Notes under the pieces: model-generated | What the model was told of the DNA's origin: nothing | The model's input: the letters and a program-made list of their open reading frames with translations, nothing else | The model's database searches: none | Made by a program: the position numbers and the translations under genes | Shown: positions 23,480 through 33,000 of the stretch, in pieces | Layout: every line of letters begins with the position of its first letter | Numbering within the stretch: position 1 is the stretch's first letter | Assembly (NCBI GenBank): GCA_011109175.1 | Contig: RDEW01000010.1 | Coordinates: forward strand, 1,327,999 to 1,360,998 | Reading direction: 5' to 3' | From: Dicyema japonicum | Lineage: Eukaryota; Animalia; Dicyemida | Length of the DNA: 33,000 nucleotides

Positions 23480-23806
23480 TTAAACTAAGGATAATAGAAG
23501 TAAGGATGGTAGTAAGTAATTTAGGAATCTATTGGGTTTTTCAGAAGATGATTTTATATCAGTTTCAGCATTTTCCAGATGCATCATACTCATAATAAAA
23601 TCAGAAATTATTGGAATTGTGGTGAGTTTTTCTGTTGTAGTGGTAGTCGTGCTATTAATGGTTGTAGTAGTTTCTGGTTCTGATCCTCCTGATGGTGGGT
23701 TAAAAATTGCATCAGCTGTAAGACTGATAATAATTCCTGCGATTATAGTTCCTGATGAAGAAGGACAAAATAATAAAAAGCCTATGTTAACTTTAAATTC
23801 TACCAA
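23480..23806 (-). CDS. Thr-rich stalk plus hydrophobic C-terminus; possible last exon(s) of a surface protein
   Basis: ETTTTINSTTTTTTEKLTT...FLNYLLPSLLLLSLV*. Upstream exons were not resolved. Confidence 0.35.
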   Translation of the reverse strand: MVEFKVNIGFLLFCPSSSGTIIAGIIISLTADAIFNPPSGGSEPETTTTINSTTTTTTEKLTTIPIISDFIMSMMHLENAETDIKSSSEKPNRFLNYLLPSLLLLSLV

Positions 23807-23896
23807 TTAAAATTGTACTCATCATTTTATTACAAAAATAAGTGACTATTATATATTAAATGAAATATTATAATATTCAATTTAATTATATTTCAA

Positions 23897-23962
23897 TTAT
23901 TAAATTATGTAATTTCATCCCCATATTATTAAATTATGTAATTTCATCCTCCATATTATTAA
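23897..23962. repeat. ~29-30 bp tandem duplication
   Basis: attattaaattatgtaatttcatcc(t)ccat occurs twice in tandem. Confidence 0.8.
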
Positions 23963-24249
23963 CCGGTTGCTTTGACTTTGTCTAAGGTGGTTTATAGAGA
24001 TATGGTTTTATTAAAATCATTTTAATTACTTTTTCTTGCCCTCCCCGTTGTTAGTGTCAGGACCTTGATGACGATACTGTCCGCACCTGTATCTCCATCA
24101 GACTTGGACTGAAGATTTGTCAGACTCACAGGTGCTGGTGTGGTGGACCTCTAATACACTGTAAACGGTTGGGATTTGAATTTAAAAAAATATATTTATA
24201 TTTCGAAGAAAACAGAGAATAGTCGTAGAGCGAGAGATAACTCCACCAT

Positions 24250-24490
24250 ATCAACTAATTTATTGGAGACATTCTGACTGGACTATCCAACAAAAGACCT
24301 GACAACTATCTTCCTATGGGAAAGGGGTAGTCGCCTTGGATGCCAACTGTGTGGATGGATTGCATTTCCTCCTTCAGCCTTTCGTATACGGAACTCACCC
24401 AGGGTCGGAAGAGTCGATATCCTTAGGAAAAAGAAATACAAAAAATCTCGACAGTTCATATTCTAGCCAGTCTCCTCGAAACATCAGAAT
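24250..24490 (+). mobile_element. decayed CRE-like RLE fragment
   Basis: Remnants KRPDN, ALDANCVD and RKKKY in the same order as the CRE RLE motifs. Confidence 0.5.
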
Positions 24491-27428
24491 ATATTTTTGT
24501 TAACTTGAATATTCCAAGTGAATTATTAAAGCATAGTAATTAAATATATTTATCATTTGGATTTATAGAGTAATTGGGTATGCCACAATATCCCCCTACA
24601 AAATCCACTGGTGAAGATTACCATTATCCAAACTCTTCCGTCATTAATGGTGATCTCCGGAAAGGTAGGGCGTGTGATGAAAATGCAAGAGGGCGACCAA
24701 CTTGACCTCTCTTCGGAAGCCTGTAATGGAATATGAAAGATAAATCGGTCGACACAAAAATAAATTCTCTGAGTTTTTTCCTTGGACCATTTTTTTGAAA
24801 AAATAACAAAAAAATAAAAAATATTAATAATTTATGACAGTTTGTGGGGTACAAAAGATAAATGAATAGAATAACTGCCAGAATATGGAATTGCAGCTAT
24901 TATTCAGAAATATATTCAAAATTCTTTATTTTCAAATTGTATTCCAATGATCAGGAGACGAGCACGACAACGAAAAGATGGAGAAGACTAACGGAAAGGA
25001 TAGTCGAAAACATGGTATAAGGGAAACCATAAACAGTGTTTACTGGTAACGCGGATGTGCTTTAACTAACTATTCCAATGATTATTCAATTGATAAAATT
25101 TTGTAATAAAAAACAATTAAATACAGTAAACCACATTAATGAATCGAACTTTAACGATGATTCCATAAAACAGGCTTCAATAAACCTGAAACTGAAATCC
25201 GCAGTCCGAATGACATTTATTATTATTGAAACCAAAAATCACCGACAAATTAAATAAATACATATCCGTCAGGTGATTCCGGTCGCCTCGACTAGCCATC
25301 TCATTCTTGCTCGGTGTTCCTCCAAGGATCCAACGCATTTCCCGATCGGGTGGGGGTTTCTATCTTTTTTGGGGGTAGTAAGGCTCCGATTTTCCTCACT
25401 AATTCCTCAAATGGTGTAGGGTTTAGAGGTTATTGGGAAAACCTTTGCAGAGCCTTACTGGCCGTTTTTTGGAATGTATGGATTTTTTTCATATTCGCGT
25501 TTGATAGTGTGGTTCCCCATGCAGCACACCAGTAAGTTAGAGACGGTTGAATATACTGCACGTAAAGCGAGTCCAAATTTGAGTTGAAACACCCCTTATA
25601 TTGTCCAAGGAGTGTTTTAATAGAATTTAGCTTCATTGTGTGGTGACAGTGAGATCCCTGAAGGACCTTGATCATCGACCTAGTTTTTCACTCTTCCTCT
25701 TCTTCCATTTAGAAAATTAGCATCCAGATTTTCAGGTTGTTTGGGATTTTTGACGTGAAGATCTTCCTTATCAAAAGCTTTCTTGAGACAGTGTCGAAAG
25801 CTTTTTCTATATCGATGGGGCATATCAATGACTTCTGATGAGGTTTGCGTTTTAGGCCATCCTTGATGAAATTTGTAAGGCATGTAAGATACGTTTCTGT
25901 AGAGTGCCCTTTTCTGAATCCGTGTTGAAAAGGTGCATCCAAATGGTTTGATTAGTTCAAGAATCAGCTTTTCCAAAATTTTTGATGTAACACATAGGAG
26001 AGATATTGGTCTGTATGAGGCTGGTGATCCCTTTGGTCGCCTGGGTTTCAGCTTCCATATAGTAGGAATACAATTTTCGTTGATTGAAAAATTTGGTGAG
26101 GTCTATGATAGCAAGGGGCCTATATTTTTCAGAACTATTGCAGGGATTCCGCCCGGACCGCAGGAATAAGTCGACTTTTGACCCTTAACCAATTTCTGCA
26201 CGTTCTCCACAGAGAGGATAATCGGGGAGGTGGCTTTTTTAGGTTTGAGGGCTAGGATGGGTGGACCTTCTAATTTCTTGTGTGGGATGAAACTCGTGGA
26301 GGAGTAGTACTTCATAAGTTTGTTTAGGAAGATCTTGTTTCCATTTCTTCACGTGCGGCCGGGTTGTCAGCGTTAATAAAGCTTCTAAGTGTTTTCCACA
26401 TTTTTGTAAGGGAGTTCTGCTTGTTTAGATTGGACATGAGGTTTTTCCAAACTTTCTCTTGTTTTTTTTGCATTGTTCCTGATCTCTCTTTCTAATTTAC
26501 GAATTCTCAATCTTGTTTCCCAGGATTGTTTTTGGAGGCTTTTTAGGTAATTTCTTTTTTTATGAGTGGATCGGCTCTGGGAGAAGGCATCTTTCTTGAA
26601 CTCAGTGGCCTTCTTTTAATACAAATTTTCATTCCCTCGCGTACCACTCTATTAAAATAGTGTAGTGCTTTATCGATGTTGAAATTAGATAAATGAAAGT
26701 CAAATACATAATAGTCGACAAAATTTGATAAATTTTCCAGTCGACATTTTTGTAGTCGGTAAAAATAACAGGTTTCTTTACAATTGACACTCTTCCTTCA
26801 AACGTAATCATAACGGGATTATGGTCACTGCTGGTCTCGTATAGCACTGTCCATTTTGTTAATGTTGAGATGTTTGGTGAGGCAAGAGTGAGATCGGGGG
26901 ACGATGTCTTGTCATTCGCTCTGTAAGGGGGAGTCCTTGTATTGAATAGAGTTGTAAAATATTACCAGGTCATCCAGATTTGATAACAATTTTTCCTCTG
27001 ACATCGCATGATTGGTTCTTGAACCATGTCGAATGCTTTGCGTTTAGATCTCCACAAAGTAACATATTTTTTGATTTGTCTTCGAAAGAAACTGAATTCC
27101 TTGGGGCATGAGTTAGGGTGGAACATACACATTCAAAATGTTTATGTTTCCGATACTTGTCTGACTGAAATACCAATATATTCGACGGGAGACATGAGAT
27201 TGACAAAAGTTTCGTTTGCGTACGGAATTTCTTTTTTGATAAGGTAAGCAGTCCACCCCCGCCCAGCTGGGCGGTCACGCCTGAAGACGGGAGTGGAAGA
27301 AGACGTAGTTTGTCTTGTTTCTTGGAGTAGGCAAATGTCAGTATTATACTTTTTAAGAGGTTTCTAAATTCGATGATTTTCCCTTTCACTCCATTTATGT
27401 TTAGTTGAATAAAAATAAGGGGTTTTAG

Positions 27429-27455
27429 AGGTCCAGGATTAGGGTTTACATCGCC
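27429..27455 (-). other. 2A/StopGo-like peptide GDVNPNPGP preceding the APE domain
   Basis: ggc gat gta aac cct aat cct gga cct is in frame with LKPLIFIQLNING. Confidence 0.75.
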
Positions 27456-27547
27456 GGCAAAGCATTAGGTGGGCTTCCATCAAGACAGGAGAGAGGTCAG
27501 TGGGCGACCGTCCGAGAAGGACATTCCTCTTGGATTGAACGTAGTGC

Positions 27548-27616
27548 ATGGTTCTTTTGTCTGGGATATATAGTCCACAGTTTACGTCACCAAAAACAGC
27601 GTACCACATGACGAAT
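27548..27616 (-). ncRNA. degenerate HDV-like ribozyme at the LINE 5' end
   Basis: P1 core CGTC/GACG. P2 GTGGTAC/GAACCAT, with one mismatch. P3 GCT/GGT. P4 CTG(T)GGA/TCCCAG. C is followed by AAAA. An ATG overlaps the P2 3' strand. Confidence 0.55.
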
Positions 27617-27699
27617 AATTAAAATTAAAAATTTCAAATTAATTTATTTTGTGTTTATTCTACATTTAAACGGATTTACATTTTAAATTTAAAATTTTT

Positions 27700-27920
27700 C
27701 AAAAATCGTCGCGTGGCGTTATGTGGTGCTACTTTTTGATTATTATTATTATTCTTATATATGAATACAAATAAATTACAATGAATTTAGTATATTTATT
27801 CCCTTCACAATCTAAAAGGCATCGAAATTTGTTTTGTTTGGAATAATGAGGGTTTACTGGGATTACCTAAATGTCTGACTTTTTCTTTCTTTCTCGGTCA
27901 TCCCGTGGTTCTAAATAAAT
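27700..27920 (+). mobile_element. rearranged remnants related to the 21159-21495 SINE
   Basis: Shares the 5' block cgcgtggcg.atgtggtgct and the 3' block ttctttctcggt..atcc.g.ggtt..aataaat. Confidence 0.5.
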
Positions 27921-28246
27921 GATGAATTACTGCATTGCAAGTTATGCTAATTATAAAGTTCTGCTAATAAATTATGAAAATGCTAATAAATTCTAATTAA
28001 TCGAATTTCAATGACTATTTTATGCATGAAAGGATAAACCTATACTGGAAATACTTTCGGATGCCTATGATCCCCCAAGTTTGACTGCTACTGAATATCC
28101 TCCTGGTTATTGATTATTTATATTTTAAAATATATTAATGAATTTATTTAATTAATTTAAACTGGGTTATTGAGAGTTATTCTTTGTGTGGTTTGTCTCC
28201 GGTTTTTAACATTTTATTACAATCTGTCTTATTTGTACTATAGAAG

Positions 28247-28693
28247 ATGCCTACAGCGAGAAAAAGCAGTAGACCCCGAGTTCATTCACGTCAAATCCCT
28301 AGAATAGAGCAAACCCCACAAAGACATCGATTACAGTACATTTCTGTCGGAAGTCTTTCATTTTTTGTGAATGTCTTGGAAATAAATTCCCCATTCGTAG
28401 TTTTGTAGTAAAATTTGTAGCATAGACCTCTCACACGGAAGAAAATATTGGAGAACTTCAAGATTGTATACCTGCGTACCCTGAGGCCAGATCTGAACCC
28501 AAAGGAAATGGGATGTTGTTCTATTTGTCTGAAAGACCTGTTACCGAGATCCCAAGTCATTGAATTGGATGTAAGCACTACTTTCATCAATTCTGTATTT
28601 GCAAATGGCTCACAGTAACCAATCTCCTTATTGTAGGTTCATTATACCCCTGAATGTCCCGTCTGTAGAGCCCACGTGGATATTCTTAGTTAA
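28247..28693 (+). CDS. RING-H2 zinc finger protein with a 1-nt frameshift (pseudogene or assembly error)
   Basis: Introns 28397-28420 (24 nt) and 28615-28636 (22 nt). CSICLKDLLPRSQVIEL-/-CKHYFHQFCICKWLT|VHYTPECPVC gives a complete C3H2C3 motif, but one base is missing near 28567-28570. Confidence 0.78.
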
Positions 28694-28849
28694 ACCTATA
28701 GTTTATTATGTTTTTTCTTAATGAATAATTTGTTAGTTATTGTAAGATTGAGAGTTTGTTGTGGGTCTCTTATTGAGATTAGTAAGATTGATTTATACTA
28801 CGTATATATTATGGAAGGTTCATTTTCAGATTTTAATATATGAACATAG

Positions 28850-29460
28850 AGGACTGGACAGATGGAGGAATATGCAGTCATTCCTTAGAATCGATGACTC
28901 CGACAGGGAAGTGAGAAGGTAGGGTCTGTTCGACTCTGTAAAATGTGTAGTCCTGTTGTGTAAGGAGCTAATAAGTTAATAGCGCACAGTTTATTACGTG
29001 AGACTGTCACAATATACCTGAACTACCATGATCACCATGGAGTGGGAACTGTTCCCACAAGTGATATCATCAGCATAGGATAAAATTAATGTTTGTGAAT
29101 AGTCAATATGTTGGAGAAGGAACAAATTAAATAATTTGCGGCAAGTCCTATAAGACTCCATATGGAAAAAGTCAAGATCTTGACCTGCTGTTACCCAGGT
29201 ATACTCTCCCACGTTTGTCGGAATAATAGGGATGATGTTGGAGTCAAAAATCTTTTCTGTAACGATATGTCCTTAAGACATAGTTAACTCTTTTTGAACA
29301 TGAATAGAAGTCAACCCTTGTGCATAGGGGGATTTAGAACATTAAAGGTGTCCATAATAAATTCCGATAAAGTTGTCAAGTGCGTTGTAGTAGATCTACT
29401 AATTTGGAAGTGAACAGATAGACCCGGCAGGTCGAGAATAATCGTCATAAGAACTGGAGG
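28850..29460 (-). mobile_element. decayed APE-RT-type LINE RT fragment
   Basis: YRPAGSICSL, DFYSCSKRV (an eroded D.SKAFD), LFNLFL...ILSYADDIT. Confidence 0.6.
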
Positions 29461-29699
29461 GTGTTCATATTAACTGATAAGTTGTATACACACGTATTTA
29501 ATCCATCAATGCTTCAGGTGAATTGAAGACACTTTTTCGAGGAAACAGAGGAATTTCATAGAAAGCCAACTGTCTTCTTGCTCTGCAGTAAAAAATGCAT
29601 AATGAATTGGAATTATGTAACAAAACAATCAAAGTAATCCAACTGAGATAATTGACTGCTTGTTTCCCCTGCCAACTGCCAGAGAAATCCTTTAGAACA

Positions 29700-30040
29700 G
29701 CCACACGGTTTCCTAAGAAATATATCCTAAGTCACGGTATAAAGTAAAAAGCCGCAATTTCTGTCGAATAGAGTTCCCCAAAATCCTTTCAACTTGTACA
29801 TAATATGATTTTCTTGTTTTATTACGCCGACAACATTGTCCATGCTTCCAGACATCAAGACTATTAAGTTGCCATGGAGTTGTCCAGACATGTTACATCA
29901 GCTAACACATGCTCCTTCCAAATCGTTTATGACACTTATCACTACGGGCAAAACACTTTCATATCCAATCAAATATCCTACTCGATAACTACACTGTCAA
30001 CTGGGGACCTATGGGCAGACGGTTACATTTTTTACTTTGA
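29700..30040 (+). mobile_element. decayed LINE RT fragment
   Basis: NRVPQ...FNLYI...YYADNIV remnants. Confidence 0.5.
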
Positions 30041-30959
30041 AAAGGTAAATTCAAATAACTTTAAATTTTATTTTTTATAGTGACAACCATAAATATCTAG
30101 TTTGATTTCCAGCGTGATTCAGAATATTTTTTGTAGTGGCTTCCTACAGAGGTTTCGTAAAAGATAGTTTGGAGTAAGAAATTTTGAAAGATGATGTGCA
30201 AAATAAATTCCCTGAACATATTACGAGGCAAAGAAAATATAATGAAAAATAATGTAATTATCAGAAAAGTCACTCGAAAATGTAAAGTTTGTAAATTTTC
30301 GTATCCATTAAAAATTTTGATTTTTTTAAATTGTGGATTAGACATATAAATCACCATATTTTTGCTTCTTGGACGAATGAAAGATTAAACGAAAATCATC
30401 GTATGTACGAACGTTCCGGAATTCACCCCCTGACAGGTAGGGAGCTAATTCCTATACTTTGGTTCCATACTCCCCGTAAACCCAATATGAAAGATTTTTT
30501 ACATGTTATTTCTAGATAACAGAATAGATCTTAGCAGTCATTGACATAGTATGCTGGTTTTTTATTTATTTTATTTAACAACCCAAAACCACTATAAGAC
30601 GAAACTAATTAACACGTGATACATTCCGACAGCGACCTCGTCTTTAAATAATTTTAATAGATTTGCATTTGTCAGACCACTCTAATAAGTTTGCAAATAA
30701 ATTTTGTGAAAACTTAAGATCTTTATTTTTTGAATTGTTCGACTCCTGAGCAAATAAGAGATTCAAAGAATTGTTCGAAATTAGATAAAGATTCCAAGGG
30801 GAAATATGGAATGTGGGAATGGTAAGAATTATAATGGTTAATTTAATTACTAAAATTTTTATTTTAACTTTATAAATTAATTAGTAAATTAAACTTAGTT
30901 GAAGGTTCAAAGATAGAAAATCACAAAAATTGATAAAACAGACATTTTTATTATTACTC

Positions 30960-31840
30960 CCATGATCAATGTGTCATAAGACATAAATCAAAGTTCTCAA
31001 CTAACTAAGTGATTCCAGGCAAACAAGGGCGAGTACGAGTCCAGCGGGGTCGAAAATTATGTACAACTCTTTATATCGGACATGGCTCATTGATAAAAAA
31101 AATCTGGTCATTTTCATGTTATTTTGTTTTTCTTCGATCATCATAAAAAATCTATAAATTTTCATTTTCTAATTATATCCTGATTAGTTTGGCTGTCTTT
31201 TTAATCATGTTGTTTTCTAGTGACATAAATTCAGGCCTTAATTCTGATTTATTTCGTCTACTAGACAGGTTGCATTATCTTTGGTAGAATGCCTACTTGC
31301 AATAATAATATGTTGATTATTGTTCCACATTGTGGTCCCAGCATACGTATTGTTTTTATTTTTGTTCCACATTGTGGTCCCAGCATACGTATTGTTTTCC
31401 TTTGCAGTAAGTTTAGTTTTTGGATAGTGGCCTCTGATAACGCGAGTCTCGACGCAGCATAGGCATATTTCACGGCCAGCGCGATTGTCTGGCGCTATAT
31501 GATTTTGATTGCTTTATTCATATTCACTGGGGTCTTCTGGATGAGGTGATGACCTGTTTGGCATGGTAGGTAAAATTAAGCAGCCTGTTGTATGTCACTC
31601 CCAGGATTGAAAGGTTTCTTGTGACAGGTATCCGATTATGTCCGATGAAGATTTCTGGTTCTTCTTTGAAGCCGATACCGAGAGACGGTTAGTTATCAAT
31701 CAATCGTGGATACAATCCACTTTCTTCCGTGCGAGTTAGACTGCTTCTGATGTCGAACTGCTTCTTGTTGCAATGATGATGTCGTCAGCATAAGAACGCA
31801 GTAGGAAGTTCTTGTCAATGTCTGCAGGCAGGTCCGGAGG
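30960..31840 (-). mobile_element. 5'-truncated LINE (RT C-terminal half plus 3' UTR)
   Basis: SYADDIIIAT, ILGVTY and YSARQSRWP/KYAYAA blocks. The 3' end matches 12330-12398. It contains an in-frame 42-bp tandem duplication at ~31320-31400. Confidence 0.75.
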
Positions 31841-31890
31841 AACTAAACCATTATGGCAAGGGGATAAGTGCTTATAATAATAATAATTTA
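31840..31890 (+). mobile_element. RTE-like 3' terminus
   Basis: atggcaag...gtgcttataataataat matches the ends of the RTE copies at ~14522-14557 and ~22315-22340. Confidence 0.5.
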
Positions 31891-33000
31891 TATTAATAAT
31901 TATTATAAAATAATAAAAGATAACCTATAAATGACTTTATTCTCATGTGGATGTGAATTATTAATTATTTTAATAAACCGTGCAATTCTATATCAAACGG
32001 TATATACTGATTTGAACACGAATCATTTGAATAACTATAAGAGTGTATGCCATCCTATAGAATCAAAATCCATTAGTTGGAATGTAAAAAATGAATCATT
32101 TTTATATGCGAATATAAATGTAAATTATAAAAAAGTCGTATTTTACTTTGAATTATTAGATAATGAATTATATGTTGAATAATGAAAATGCAAAATTGAG
32201 TAGAATTTCATTAAAACATAAAATTGTCCTTGTTTTGTCATCACAAGAGTGTAATGTGTATTTTACATTTTGTTTGTTGTCTGGTAGACAATATTACCTT
32301 GAAAAGATAGAACTATCTATTTGTAATTATAATTATTTATTCGTAGATAATATTAATTATACGATTACTCTTAATAGACAATTGATTCATTATTTAAATG
32401 ATTATACTTGTCAAATAATTTTTAAAAGGTTTTCTTTTGATGTTTCCCTCAATATTTCTTGTTTAAAAACCATAATAATCTATGGTGAAGGAACCAATAA
32501 ATTCCGTAACAGTTTTTATTTATTTTAGTGGGATTTTGTTCAAATTCGTCTCATAATATTGTCTCTCCAATTAAAAGTAAATCACATAATCGAACAGTGA
32601 TAATCGTCAGTATTATTATAATATTTATTATAATCATGCCATTGTTTATTTCAAAAGAGAAGGGAAACCTAGAACTTAGTAGATCAATATTACTTAATTT
32701 TTAATATTTATTTTAAATTTTTTCATGGTTTATTCTGCTGTCATCTTGTTATTAAAATTGGGTAAGTAATGTTAAAATAACCATAAACAGTAAACCCTCG
32801 CAAATCGCAAATCTTTAAATTGTCCATTTTTTTTAAATTTTCTAAAAATCCTATTCACTTATTAATTGGCCAGTATTTTTAATTTAGTTTTTAACACAAA
32901 TTGGAAAAATAATAATTTTATTGGTACGTCTTTCAATGATTCATGTCTTTTAGTTATACAAGGTCGACATCCTTTTCAACAGATGACAAATGATCGTGGG

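Larger units (their letters stand above)
25216..27616 (-). mobile_element. 5'-intact, internally deleted and decayed APE-RT LINE
   Basis: IQLNING, GGGGLL, LCGDLNAKH, SSPDLT, SDHNPV, GPGGI, YRPISLLC, QHGFRK, DIEKAFDTV and YVQYIQPSLTYWCAAW. (AAT)n tail at ~25216-25228. The YxDD region appears deleted. Confidence 0.87.

Noticed and set aside
31320-31400. Direct repeats as a CRISPR-like array
   Set aside because: Only two adjacent 42-bp units inside a LINE, with no spacers, in a eukaryotic context.
31931-32528. Two AT-rich ORFs (83 and 121 aa)
   Set aside because: Compositionally biased, with no motif and no convincing splice join.

Overview
AT-rich animal genomic DNA with very small spliceosomal introns (mostly 20-29 nt). 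It contains a metazoan POU class III gene and a centrosomal CEP126-like gene. This fits a reduced but ciliated animal such as a dicyemid; the taxon is an inference. Host genes I could reconstruct by hand: a CEP126-like gene (10 exons, minus strand, head-to-head with the intronless POU3 gene), a 171-aa beta-trefoil (FGF/fascin-like) gene and a RING-H2 gene with a 1-nt frameshift. Most of the rest is non-LTR retrotransposon debris: single-ORF APE-RT (Ingi/I-group-like) LINEs, CRE-like and R4/Dong-like RLE elements, RTE-like elements and two SINE families, several with clear target-site duplications (TSDs) and nesting. Main finding: both 5'-intact APE-RT LINEs begin with an HDV-like double-pseudoknot (candidate self-cleaving ribozyme with an unusually long C-N-A-rich J4/2). 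Each is followed by a 2A/StopGo-like GDxxxNPG(P/T) motif just before the endonuclease. The same RNA fold, with compensatory base changes, sits inside a 337-bp non-autonomous SINE. This matches the L1Tc/Ingi ribozyme + 2A + short-partner architecture of trypanosomatids, here in an animal genome.
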